Below, in pieces: positions 19,321 through 28,917 of a stretch of DNA of 64,000 bases. Positions within the stretch are counted from its first letter, which is position 1; the number at the start of each line of letters is the position of its first letter. Both the position numbers and the translations under genes were made by a program. The notes under the pieces were generated by a model. The model worked only from the letters and a program-made list of their open reading frames with translations, was not told where the DNA came from and did no database searches. The stretch comes from Opitutia bacterium (GTDB taxonomy: Bacteria > Verrucomicrobiota > Verrucomicrobiia > Opitutales > Opitutaceae). The stretch lies in assembly GCA_947478395.1 (NCBI GenBank), contig CANJVR010000001.1:1-64000 (forward strand), read 5' to 3'.

Positions 19321-19953
19321 ATGAAGAAACTGCCTCTCGTCGCACTCGCCGTGCTTTTCTGCGCCGCCGCGCCCGCGTATGCCGAGGTTTACCTCAAAGC
19401 CACGACGTTTTATAGCAAACCCAGCGACCTCAAGGTCGACAACACCTCGGCTTTCAAGGCGTCGCTCAAATCCAACCTCGGCCTATCCGGCGCCGTGGGT
19501 TACAAATTGTCGCTGCTCCGCCTCGAGGCCGAACTCCAAACCTTCTCGAGCGGCAACTCCGGGGGCTCCACCGCGTTGGGACTGGCTGCGGTGAGCGGCT
19601 CGGTCAAGGAAACCACCGGATTCGCCAACGGGTATTTCGATATTCCATCGACGCTCGGTTTCGCCCCCTACCTCGGCGCCGGCTTGGGCTACGCGAAGAT
19701 CGACCTCGGAAACTTCTCCGCGTCTCAGGGGGCCAGCAGCGTCGTGGTATTTTCCGGACGGGCCAGCGCCTTCGCCTACCAGCTGATGGCCGGCCTGCAA
19801 TTTCAAGTCTTCGGCACGGCCAGGCTGCATGCCGGCTATCGCATCGTGCACCGGCAAGATATCGCGCTGCGCAACATCGCCGCCAACGCCCAGCAGAACA
19901 TCAAGCTCGGCCAAAACCAGCTATTCGAAATTGGCCTGGCGTTCGGGTTTTGA
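19321..19953 (+). CDS. Small outer-membrane beta-barrel protein (OmpA-TM/Opa-like)
   Basis: Signal peptide; RLEAE, NGYFD, PYLGAGLGYA, AYQLMAG; C-terminal Phe. Confidence 0.85.
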   Translation: MKKLPLVALAVLFCAAAPAYAEVYLKATTFYSKPSDLKVDNTSAFKASLKSNLGLSGAVGYKLSLLRLEAELQTFSSGNSGGSTALGLAAVSGSVKETTGFANGYFDIPSTLGFAPYLGAGLGYAKIDLGNFSASQGASSVVVFSGRASAFAYQLMAGLQFQVFGTARLHAGYRIVHRQDIALRNIAANAQQNIKLGQNQLFEIGLAFGF

Positions 19954-19963
19954 GCGGGCGGCT

Positions 19964-20101
19964 TGAGCGGATTAATTTTTTCCGCGGCCGTTTTAGGCAG
20001 CGGCAGGCGCCTCTGCCTGCCGGGTTCGGCGTCCTCGTTTCGGCAGGCAGGGACGCCTGCCGCTACGTCAATAGCAGCCACGCTTTTGGTTAAACCGCTC
20101 T
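19964..20101 (+). mobile_element. MITE-like TIR element with inverted REP pair, copy 2 (138 bp)
   Basis: Ends TGAGCGGATTAA...TTAAACCGCTCT; REPs at 19997-20021 and 20042-20066; between convergent genes. Confidence 0.75.
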
Positions 20102-20214
20102 CAATTGCCTCGAATCGGAATTTTCGGGTGGCGGAACGCGTGAGCGTTTCGCACGAGATCCTCGAAAGGCTTACGGCTTCCGCTACGCTCAAAACCGGGG
20201 ATTATCCCAACCCG

Positions 20215-20862
20215 TCAGCCTTCGAGAGCGATGACGGCGGTTTGATAGTTAGCCGCGGCATCCGCGACACTTGCCGCGGTACAATTCAGGTCGCGCAATA
20301 ATCCGTCGCGCAGGCCGTAGATCCAGCCGTGCACCGTGAGGGATTGGCCGCGTTCCCAAGCATCTCGCACCATCGTGGTCTGACAGACGTTCGCCACCTG
20401 CTCGATCACGTTAAGTTCACAAAGCCGGGCGCTGCGCGCGGTCTCATCGGTCAGACGGCAAAGACAGCCATCATGTTTTTCCCGCACATCCTGCACATGG
20501 CGCAGCCAGTTGTCAGCGAGACCAACCCGCTCGCAGCGCAACACCGCGCGCACGCCGCCGCAGCCATAATGGCCGACCACCATGATGTGTTTCACCTTCA
20601 AAACATCCACGGCGAATTGAATCACACTCAGGCAATTCAGATCCGTGTGCACGACGACGTTCGCGATATTGCGGTGCACGAAGACCTCGCCGGGCAAAAG
20701 GCCGATAATTTCGTTGGCGGGAACCCGACTGTCGGAGCAACCAATCCATAGATGCTCGGGGCTTTGCTGGCGGGAAAGTTTATGAAAAAAATCCGGGTCG
20801 CGCTGCTTGATTGCTTCGGCCCAGGCGCGATTCTGCGCGAAGAGATGAGGCAGAGTTTCCAT
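20215..20862 (-). CDS. can: Beta-class carbonic anhydrase
   Basis: WIGCSDSRVP, GEVFVHRNIAN, GHYGCGG, ELNVIEQ, HGWIY. Confidence 0.96.
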   Translation of the reverse strand: METLPHLFAQNRAWAEAIKQRDPDFFHKLSRQQSPEHLWIGCSDSRVPANEIIGLLPGEVFVHRNIANVVVHTDLNCLSVIQFAVDVLKVKHIMVVGHYGCGGVRAVLRCERVGLADNWLRHVQDVREKHDGCLCRLTDETARSARLCELNVIEQVANVCQTTMVRDAWERGQSLTVHGWIYGLRDGLLRDLNCTAASVADAAANYQTAVIALEG

Positions 20863-20922
20863 ACGAGCGCCCATCGTCTGGGCAGGTCTCCGGTTGTCCA
20901 CCTCGGAATCAGGCGGAAACCT

Positions 20923-20978
20923 GGGGGCGCGGACGCCCTCGTCCGCCTCGAAAATGCGGACGGGGGCGTCCGCGCTCC
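20923..20978. repeat. Inverted pair of GGAG/GGGG-type REP-like palindromes forming a long hairpin
   Basis: GGGGCGCGGACGCCCTCGTCCGC...GCGGACGGGGGCGTCCGCGCTCCC immediately past the rlmI-like stop. Confidence 0.7.
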
Positions 20979-20985
20979 CAAAAAA

Positions 20986-22269
20986 TCAAACCACGCGCGC
21001 CCAGAGCACCTTGAGATAACGGCTCTCAAGGCAGTTCGAATAAACTGGATGATCCACGCCCGGACCGGTGCGGTCAAAAAATTGCAGCCGGCGGTTCAAC
21101 CGGTGCGCGGCCTTGATGACGTGCGCCTCGAAATCCTCGAGCGACAAAAGTCCCGAGCAGGAACACGTCACAAATATCCCGCCCGTCTTCACCAGCGAAA
21201 TGGACAATAAATTCAGGTCCTCGTATTTCTGCCGACCTTCCCAGTTGCCGGCCGCGTCGCGCGTGAAAATAAATTTCGGCGGATCAAGGACCACGACGTC
21301 CCATTTCTCGCCGTTCTGCTGCATCTGGCGCGCGTAGGCGAAGGCATCGGCGTGCACGAACTTCAGCCGCGCCTGATTCAAGTTGGCGTTGCGCTTCGCC
21401 TGCGCGAGAGCGACTTCATCGAGATCCACGCTCGTCACGTCCGCGGCGCCGCCTGTGATTTTTGCGTTAAGCGAAAAACCACCGGTGTAACAGCAGAGGT
21501 CCAACACGCGTGCATCCTTCGTGAAACGCGCAATGGCACGGCGGTTGTCGCGCTGGTCGCAGAAGAAACCCGTCTTGTGACCCTCGGCGAAATTCACCTC
21601 GTAGCGCACGCCGTGCTCGCGGATTTTCACCGTGTCCGGGGCGGCCGCGTTCGTCTCGTTGAACGTCGACGGCTTGATTCCCTCAAGACTGCCGAGGTCG
21701 TGGTCGACGTGCACGCGGGCAAATTTCGTGCCGGCCAGTTCATGGAGGAGAGGAAACCATTTCGCCAAACGCTGCGCGATCCCCAGCGAATAAATTTCGC
21801 AGAGTAGCGTGTCGCCGTAGCGATCGATCGTCAGGCCGCTGAGGCCGTCGCCATCGGAATTGATCAACCGGTAGGCGTCGGTCGTCTCGTCGAGCTTGAA
21901 CAACGTGCGGCGCAACTCCACCGCGCGCCGGATGGCCGTTTCGAAATAGGCCTCGGTAACGGGCTCGGTCGAATGACACACGACGCGGAGCGGAATCTTG
22001 GCGCGCGGATTGAAAAGGCCGCCGCCGGTGAGATTGCCGTTCTTGTCGTAGACGTTGACGAAATCGCCGGGGCGGGCGTCGGACGAAACCTGCCCAAGCA
22101 GCCGCGGAAAAATGGCCGGTTGAAACGTGAAGTATTTCAACTGCGCCCAGGGCTTGGGCCAGGCCGAGCGGTCTATGACCGGCCGCGGTGCCTTGGCTGG
22201 TTTTTCCTCAGGCGGGAAATCATCATCGATCATCGGCCCAATTGGGGAGGGCTCTTCCTTCGTGGGCAA
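20986..22269 (-). CDS. PUA-domain class I SAM rRNA methyltransferase, RlmI-like (start uncertain)
   Basis: YRLINSDGDGLSGLTIDRY, GHKTGFFCDQRDNR, VLDLCCYTGGFS, VVLDPP, TCSCS. Confidence 0.88.
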   Translation of the reverse strand: MPTKEEPSPIGPMIDDDFPPEEKPAKAPRPVIDRSAWPKPWAQLKYFTFQPAIFPRLLGQVSSDARPGDFVNVYDKNGNLTGGGLFNPRAKIPLRVVCHSTEPVTEAYFETAIRRAVELRRTLFKLDETTDAYRLINSDGDGLSGLTIDRYGDTLLCEIYSLGIAQRLAKWFPLLHELAGTKFARVHVDHDLGSLEGIKPSTFNETNAAAPDTVKIREHGVRYEVNFAEGHKTGFFCDQRDNRRAIARFTKDARVLDLCCYTGGFSLNAKITGGAADVTSVDLDEVALAQAKRNANLNQARLKFVHADAFAYARQMQQNGEKWDVVVLDPPKFIFTRDAAGNWEGRQKYEDLNLLSISLVKTGGIFVTCSCSGLLSLEDFEAHVIKAAHRLNRRLQFFDRTGPGVDHPVYSNCLESRYLKVLWARVV

Positions 22270-22498
22270 ATTTTATTCGTTTTTGAATCCAAAAGCCCGG
22301 CCCCGGAAACTCACGGTCGAACTATAAACCTGAACTTCCGGCCTGCTGTTGTGCGGGCTGTCCTCGCGGCCTTGGGCCATGCGGGGCTGGCCTGGCGCGA
22401 TCCACTCTTGGGTTACGCGCTGATGGTGACCGCGCCCGCGCTGATGTTCGCCTTTCGCGAGGAATTGCGCGGGGCATTGCTGGAGTGAGGCGCGCGAG

Positions 22499-24478
22499 CT
22501 AGTTTTTCCATCCGAGACGCGTCGCCTCGGCGAAATGAAACGCGGACTCCTCAGTGCGGCCCGTCTGGCGCAGCGCACGGGCGAGATTGAAATGCGCCTC
22601 CGCAAAATCGGGCGCGAGTCCCACGGCCGCGCGATAGTGAATGATCGCATCGTCGAACCGGCCGTCGAGGTCGAGGGTGCGGCCAAAGGCGTTTTGGATA
22701 TCCGGCCGTTCCGGAGCCAGGTGCGCGGCCCGGGCGAAATGCGGCAACGCCTCGGTGAAGCGGCTGGCCAGCGCGAGGCCGATGGCCCAGTTGAATTCGG
22801 CCTCCGGATAAGCGGGGCGCAGACGGACCGCGGTGGCAAAATGCCGCAGCGCCTCAGCGGAGTTGCCCTGCTGCGCGAAGGTCAGGCCCAAATTAAGATG
22901 GGCCTCGGGATATTCCTCCTTCAGCCGGAGAGCGACCTTCAGGGACGCTTCCGCTTCGACGAAACGTCCGGCACTCAGGAGCGCCAGGCCAAGATTGTTG
23001 TAGGCAAAAACGTAGTCCGGGCGGAGCCGCAAGGCGCGTTCCAAGTGCGGAATCGCCGCGTCAAAATCACCCCTGCGGATGTGGGCGAATCCGAGATTGT
23101 TTTCGATCTCGGCCGACTCCGGCCGCAGCCGCTGGGCTGCCTCATAGTGCGGCAACGCCTCGGCCACGCGCCCGGTGGCCGCGAGTGCGTTGGCGAGATT
23201 GTTGTGCGCGAGCCACGCGTTGGGATTCTTCGCGAGCGTCGCTTCGTAAAGCGTCGTTGGATCGCGATACGTGGCGCACTGTCGCCACGTCAAAACGGCC
23301 AGCGTCGCAAGCAAACCGAGCGTAAGTGCCGAGGCCGGCAGCCGCGGCCAACGTGCCAGGCGCCCTTCCAAGCCCGCGCCAGCCAGAGCGAACAAACCGA
23401 GGCTCGCGAGGTATTGAAAATGATCCGCTACAAAAGAGTAGAGGAACGGAAAAACGTTTACGAAACCGAGCGCAGGCAAAAGCGACCCTGCAAAAAAAAG
23501 CGCGGCCGCGACCGGTCCGCGATGTCGCCGCCAGCGCCAGCCGGCCAGCACGACCAAAAGAATTCCCCACGGGAACAGATATTGCCACGCCGCTCCGGCA
23601 TCGATCGTCCACCGGGGGTAAATAAAAATCAGATCCGCCGGGTAAACGAGTTTGCCGGCATAAAACCAAACGGCGCGACTGGCGAGCAGCACGCGCTGCA
23701 CGAGACCGAGCGCGAGTTCGTTGTGCTCCGCACCGACGATCGCGTGCTCGACCCACGCAGTCAGCACGGCCGCGATGACGGCGAGTGCGAACCACGGCGC
23801 GAGGGGCGCGACGTCCCGACGCAAATCCACCCGACCGCGCTGCCACCAGAAGACCACCAGGAGCGCGGCGGGCAGCGTGCCCGTGACCGTCTTGGTGCCC
23901 AACGCGAGGAAGAAGAGTACGCTCGCAACGATGTAGTGAGCCGGGCGCCGGCTGCGGTCGAAGCGCAGGTAAGCCAGCGCCGCGAGCAGATAAAAAACGG
24001 TGGAGAGCGTGTTCTTTTGCTCTGAAATCCACGCCACCGATTCGACGCACACCGGATGCAGCGCGAATAGCAGCGCCGCTAACCAGGCCCCGGGCACACC
24101 CAACCGGCGGAGCACGCTGGCGAACAGGCATGCGCCGGTCGCGTGCAGCAGCACATTCAAAAAATGATACCCGGCGGCCGCATCCCCGAACACAAAATGC
24201 TCGAGCCAGAAGGCGGAATGCAGCACGGGATAATATTGCTGCGTCGCACCCAGTTCGAACCAGATGCGCACGAGGCCGCCGAGCGATCGCAACTCGGGCC
24301 GGGTAAGATGTCCGTCGTCGTCCCAAATGAAAGCGCCGCCCAGTGCCGGCCAGTAGGCCGCAACGGCGACGACACAGAGCGCCCCACCCAGCCACCACGA
24401 TGAGCCGCTAAATAGGGTCGGGCCGGGCGCGGCCGTCGCGTGGTGCGGAAACGGCTTATTCTTTGGCGCGTGCTTCAT
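22499..24478 (-). CDS. TMTC-like membrane glycosyltransferase-fold protein with C-terminal TPR array
   Basis: FIWDDD in the first loop, YYP, HPVCVESVAWISEQKN, ADHFQY; multiple TMs followed by many TPR repeats. Confidence 0.85.
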   Translation of the reverse strand: MKHAPKNKPFPHHATAAPGPTLFSGSSWWLGGALCVVAVAAYWPALGGAFIWDDDGHLTRPELRSLGGLVRIWFELGATQQYYPVLHSAFWLEHFVFGDAAAGYHFLNVLLHATGACLFASVLRRLGVPGAWLAALLFALHPVCVESVAWISEQKNTLSTVFYLLAALAYLRFDRSRRPAHYIVASVLFFLALGTKTVTGTLPAALLVVFWWQRGRVDLRRDVAPLAPWFALAVIAAVLTAWVEHAIVGAEHNELALGLVQRVLLASRAVWFYAGKLVYPADLIFIYPRWTIDAGAAWQYLFPWGILLVVLAGWRWRRHRGPVAAALFFAGSLLPALGFVNVFPFLYSFVADHFQYLASLGLFALAGAGLEGRLARWPRLPASALTLGLLATLAVLTWRQCATYRDPTTLYEATLAKNPNAWLAHNNLANALAATGRVAEALPHYEAAQRLRPESAEIENNLGFAHIRRGDFDAAIPHLERALRLRPDYVFAYNNLGLALLSAGRFVEAEASLKVALRLKEEYPEAHLNLGLTFAQQGNSAEALRHFATAVRLRPAYPEAEFNWAIGLALASRFTEALPHFARAAHLAPERPDIQNAFGRTLDLDGRFDDAIIHYRAAVGLAPDFAEAHFNLARALRQTGRTEESAFHFAEATRLGWKN

Positions 24479-24542
24479 CGATGGACCGACGTTGAGCGTT
24501 CAGGGAACCGGCCGGCGCCACGTTTTCCTGCTTTTTGATTTC

Positions 24543-24578
24543 AAGAAGAAGGCCGGTCGAAAATTTCGGCCGGCCTTC
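24543..24578 (-). terminator. Probable intrinsic terminator after the thymidine phosphorylase homologue
   Basis: Stem GAAGGCCGGCCGAA / TTCGACCGGCCTTC followed by TTCTT on the minus strand. Confidence 0.55.
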
Positions 24579-24618
24579 GCGAATCAGAGCGGACGCGGGA
24601 GTCTCCGCTTCCAACAAT

Positions 24619-25965
24619 TTAGGCGACGCGCTCGACGACCAGCGGCGGGGGCGTCGGACGTTTCGGCGCGAGCCGGTAGGCATTCTTGAAGTGATCGAGC
24701 GCCTGCTCGAGCTTCGCCTCGTCGTTGTAGTGAATCATCATGAGCGGCTCGCCCTGCTTCACCTGCGTGCCGACCTTGCGGATTTCGGAAACGCCCACCG
24801 AATAGTCGATCTTGTCGCCACTGGCGTTCTTGCCCGCGCCGAGGAGATGCACGCCGTGCGCGATCATGGCCGCGTTGATGGTGTGAACGTAGCCGCGCTT
24901 CGGAGCGGGCAGTTTGCGGATGTGCTTCGCCTGCGGAAATTTTTCCGGATGGTCGATGTACGACGTGTCGCCGCCCTGCGCCTTGATGAGGTCCTTGAAT
25001 TTTTCGAGGGCTGAGCCGTCGGTGAGATGACGTTGCACCGTCTGCTTCGCGGAGAGCGTGGAGCCCGCGACGCCCGCGAGGCGGACAATCTCCATGCCGA
25101 GCTTCAGGACGAGTTCCTTCATGTCGGCCGGACCTTCGCCCTTGAGGAGTTGGATCGCCTCCTTAATTTCCAAGGAGGTGCCGACGGTGTCGCCGAGCGG
25201 CTGGTTCATGTCGGTGACGAGCGCGACGCAGCGGCGCTTCATCGAGCGACCTACGCGCGTCATCGAGCGGGCGAGTTGCTTGGCCTGCTCGACATCTTTG
25301 ATGAAGGAACCGTTGCCCCATTTCACGTCGATCACGAGGCCTTCGGAGCCCTCGGCGAGTTTCTTGGAGAGTACGCTACCGGTGATGAGCGGGAGGCTGG
25401 GAATGGTACCGGTCTCCTTGCGCAACGCGTAAAGTTTTGCGTCGGCCGGGGCGAGTTCGGGACTTTGGGAGACGATTGCACCGCCAATTTTGGCGAGCTG
25501 GGCTACGAACTGCTCGTTGCTGAGGTGGCTCTTGAAGCCGGGGACCGACGAAAGTTTTTCGAGCGTGTTGATCACGTAATCGTGCTCTACGCCGCACATC
25601 ATTGGGACGACAACGCCGGCGGCCATCGCGAGCGGAACGAGGACGAGGGAGGTTTTATCGCCGACGCCGCCCGTGGAGTATTTGTCGATCTTCGGCTTCG
25701 CGATGAGCGAGAGATCGATTACTTCGCCGGAAAGCATCATTTCCTCGGTCAAGTCGGCCGTCTCCTGGGCGGACATACCGGAAAAGTAGATCGCCATCGC
25801 CAGGGCCGCCAGCTGGTGCTGGGGCATCTCGCCATCGAGCGTGCTATCAATGATGTAGCGAATCTCCTCTTGGGTGAACTCGCCGCCGTCGCGTTTCTTT
25901 TCGATGAGAAACTCAAACGTGGGCTTGATGAAACGACGGGACGGGATGTTTCGTTTACTGGTCAT
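24619..25965 (-). CDS. Thymidine/pyrimidine-nucleoside phosphorylase family protein with degenerate active site
   Basis: IEKKRDG, DKYSTGGVGDK, LYALR, SVLSKKLA, DVKWGNGSF, TDMNQPLG; lacks the DKH His and the SGRGLGHTGGT loop. Confidence 0.9.
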   Translation of the reverse strand: MTSKRNIPSRRFIKPTFEFLIEKKRDGGEFTQEEIRYIIDSTLDGEMPQHQLAALAMAIYFSGMSAQETADLTEEMMLSGEVIDLSLIAKPKIDKYSTGGVGDKTSLVLVPLAMAAGVVVPMMCGVEHDYVINTLEKLSSVPGFKSHLSNEQFVAQLAKIGGAIVSQSPELAPADAKLYALRKETGTIPSLPLITGSVLSKKLAEGSEGLVIDVKWGNGSFIKDVEQAKQLARSMTRVGRSMKRRCVALVTDMNQPLGDTVGTSLEIKEAIQLLKGEGPADMKELVLKLGMEIVRLAGVAGSTLSAKQTVQRHLTDGSALEKFKDLIKAQGGDTSYIDHPEKFPQAKHIRKLPAPKRGYVHTINAAMIAHGVHLLGAGKNASGDKIDYSVGVSEIRKVGTQVKQGEPLMMIHYNDEAKLEQALDHFKNAYRLAPKRPTPPPLVVERVA

Positions 25966-26269
25966 GTGAAGTCGATAATGAGGGAAGAACTCCCCGCAGC
26001 CGGGAAAAGTTTGCGACCAAAACACACCCCAAGGTGAAGTCGAGCCTGAACTCGTGCCGGACGGCAGTCGTGCGCCGGTTTTTGTCGGCGTAGCCCCCTC
26101 ACCCTGCTTCCACGTGAAAGCATCTGCGGCGGCGCAGCGGGATGAGGGCGCAACCGGCCTCCATTTCGATCCTCTCGCCATCACAATCGCCACCCCACCG
26201 CGGCGCCACGCCGGCCCGCGAGTAACTCCGCGCTTGCGCGTTCACCCCGGGCCTTCGTGTAGTGCTCCG

Positions 26270-28027
26270 ATGCCCGTCGCGTTCGCCATCGCCGAAGAAC
26301 TCAACACCAAGCTCATCGCCGCGGCCGCCACGGCCGGCTTGGAGGCCAACGCCTTCGCGCCCGAAATGCGCACGGCCGATCCGCAGCACGGCGACTTTCA
26401 GGCCAACGGCGCGCTGGGCTACGCCAAGGCTCGCAAACTCAATCCCCGCACCATTGCAGAAAAACTGATCGCGGCCCTGCCGCCGGCCGCCAGCGAGCAC
26501 TTCGACGTGTCGATCGCGGGGCCGGGTTTCATCAATTTCAAACTCAAGCCCGCCACGCTGCTCGGCTGGCTTCAAACCTACGACTCCGTGGAGCATTTGA
26601 AGTCGGGCGCCTCCCATTTTTACGGCGGCTACCGGCACGTCGTCGACTTCAGCTCACCTAACACGGCCAAACAGCTCCACGTCGGGCACATTCGCGGCAT
26701 GGTGATCGGCGAGGCGATCAGCCGGTTACTCGCCTTCTGCGGGGCCGAGGTCGTTCGCGACAATCACATCGGCGACTGGGGCACGCAATTCGGCAAACTC
26801 ATCTGGGGCTACAAGCATCTCCGCAACGACGCTGCGCTCGCCAGCGATCCACTGGAAGAACTCGAACGCATTTACAAAGCAGCCGACGCCGCCACCAAGG
26901 AAAATCCCGCGACCCTCGACGCCGCCCGCGCCGAACTCGTGCAACTCCAGAACGGTGACGCCGAAAACCGGGCGCTCTGGCACAGTATCAACCTCATCAG
27001 CGCCGGCGCCTTCGATAAAATCTACCGTCAGCTGGACATACGCTTCGACCACCAGCTCGGTGAAAGTTTTTATAACGAAAAGCTCCAGCGCGTCTACGAC
27101 GAGCTCCGGGAAGCCGGACTCGCCGAGGAATCCCAGGGCGCGCTCGTGGTCTTTCACCCCGAGCATCCGCGCTTCAAAACGCAGCCGTTCATCATTCGTA
27201 AATCCGACGGCGCCTCCAACTACGCGTCGACCGATCTCGCGACGATGCTCTACCGCATCGAGCATTTTAAAGCGCATTCAATCGTGATCCTGACCGATGC
27301 GCGTCAGAGCGACCATTTCGAACAGCTTTGGCTGACCACGAAAAAATGGTTCGAGAAAAAAGGTTACCGTCTGCCGCGCTTCGAACACGTCATGTTCGGC
27401 TCAATCCTCGGCGAGGACGGCAAGGCCATCAAAACGCGCTCGGGCGATCCGATCAAATTGAAGGCCTTGCTCGACGAGGCCGAGGAGCGCGCGTTCCAGC
27501 TCGTCACCGAAAAATCCCGCGAGCTGTCCGAACCCGAGCGCCAAGACATCGCCAACGCCGTCGGCATCGGCGCGGTCCGCTACGCCGACCTCGCGCAAAA
27601 TCGCAGCAGCGATTACGTTTTCACGTGGGACAAGGTGCTCTCGTTCGAGGGCAACACCGCGCCTTATCTGCTCTACGCCGTGGCCCGCATTCACTCGATT
27701 TTCCGCAAGCTCGGTCAGGACGCCTACGACCCCGGTGTCACCACTGGCGCCACGGCACCGGAGACCGCCGCCGAGATCGCGCTCGCGCGAAAACTCGTCG
27801 GTTTCGCGAGCACCCTCAGCCAGACCACCGCGCAACTCCGGCCCAGCTACCTGTGCACCTATCTTTATGAGCTGGCCGGTGAATTCAGCAGTTTCTACAC
27901 GGCGGACAAAGTGATCGTCGACGATCCCGCCATCCGCGCCCGCCGGCTTTTGCTGTGCGCCCGCACCCTGCTCGTGCTCGAGACCGGCCTGCGACTGCTC
28001 GGCCTGCGCACGCTGACGCGGATGTGA
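26270..28027 (+). CDS. argS: Arginine--tRNA ligase
   Basis: GDFQAN, AGPGFIN, DFSSPNTAKQLHVGH, NHIGDWGTQFG, GESFY, EGNTAPYLLY; C-terminal RM. Confidence 0.97.
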   Translation: MPVAFAIAEELNTKLIAAAATAGLEANAFAPEMRTADPQHGDFQANGALGYAKARKLNPRTIAEKLIAALPPAASEHFDVSIAGPGFINFKLKPATLLGWLQTYDSVEHLKSGASHFYGGYRHVVDFSSPNTAKQLHVGHIRGMVIGEAISRLLAFCGAEVVRDNHIGDWGTQFGKLIWGYKHLRNDAALASDPLEELERIYKAADAATKENPATLDAARAELVQLQNGDAENRALWHSINLISAGAFDKIYRQLDIRFDHQLGESFYNEKLQRVYDELREAGLAEESQGALVVFHPEHPRFKTQPFIIRKSDGASNYASTDLATMLYRIEHFKAHSIVILTDARQSDHFEQLWLTTKKWFEKKGYRLPRFEHVMFGSILGEDGKAIKTRSGDPIKLKALLDEAEERAFQLVTEKSRELSEPERQDIANAVGIGAVRYADLAQNRSSDYVFTWDKVLSFEGNTAPYLLYAVARIHSIFRKLGQDAYDPGVTTGATAPETAAEIALARKLVGFASTLSQTTAQLRPSYLCTYLYELAGEFSSFYTADKVIVDDPAIRARRLLLCARTLLVLETGLRLLGLRTLTRM

Positions 28028-28179
28028 CCCGGCCAAAGGAAGAAATTCGAATGACGAATTTTCCGCCTCGGTTCAAAAGGCGGCATTTGAAATCTGAATT
28101 TACAATCTGAGGTCCGTCACTCTCCGCCGCCCGACAAAACTCTTGCTGCTGTCCCTCCGCTCGCGCCAACTCCCGGCGC

Positions 28180-28902
28180 ATGCAGTCGCAGGAATTTTAC
28201 ATCCGCCAGGCTACGGAAACCGACGCGCGGGGGCCCTATAACTTGGAGCAACTGATATCGCTGGCCGAGACGGGATTTGTGACCCCTGAGACGCTATATT
28301 ACGACACGATCAGCGAGTGCTGGGCGGTCATCGACGACACGCCAGACATGAAAACCGCGATTTTTCCAGAGGCGACAAAGCTCAACCGCGAATCGCACAC
28401 CATGCGGCTTCCGATCAGCGCGGGCGACATGCACGCCGCAGCCGCAGGTCGCACCGACGACGCCAAGGACAAAGCCAGCATCGAAATCGAGGCCTCGCGA
28501 GCCGCGGCCATCGGCCGTTGGGCCGTGGTGCTGATGTTAGTCCTCAGCGCCGCCGGTGAAGCGCGGCCGGCCGTCGATGCCATCAGGTCGATGAACCCCG
28601 CCAAGCTGATGGGCTTTCCCCTCGCCGCCTTGGGTGCCGTGGACCTCCTGCTGGCCATCCTGATCGGTTTGGGCAATGTGAGTCTTTACCCGTTCATCCG
28701 GTTCCGCGCCGCGCTCGGCCTCGGTCTTTTCGGTATCATCTTTTATTTGCACGGGGCGCATCTCTCGCTGCTCGCCATGCTCGTGGGCAGCGCGGGACTG
28801 TATTTTTGTACCGTGAGCGTGAACCTGTGGCCCGCGATCATTTCCGCCTTCGTCGGCGTCGCCGGTATCAGCTGTGTCGCATGGCGCCTGTCGTCGCAGT
28901 GA
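28180..28902 (+). CDS. GYF-like (DUF4339) N-terminal domain membrane protein
   Basis: FYIR...RGPYNLEQL...TPETLYY..W pattern followed by about four TM helices. Confidence 0.7.
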   Translation: MQSQEFYIRQATETDARGPYNLEQLISLAETGFVTPETLYYDTISECWAVIDDTPDMKTAIFPEATKLNRESHTMRLPISAGDMHAAAAGRTDDAKDKASIEIEASRAAAIGRWAVVLMLVLSAAGEARPAVDAIRSMNPAKLMGFPLAALGAVDLLLAILIGLGNVSLYPFIRFRAALGLGLFGIIFYLHGAHLSLLAMLVGSAGLYFCTVSVNLWPAIISAFVGVAGISCVAWRLSSQ

Positions 28903-28917
28903 GGGTCTGTTAACGCG

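Noticed and set aside
22535..24025. Long antisense ORFs (this 496-aa one; also 5004-6119, 25027-26037, 30506-31732, 40894-42060, 54743-55927, 59211-60137)
   Set aside because: Shadow frames opposite well-supported genes, expected with GC-rich codon bias; no motifs
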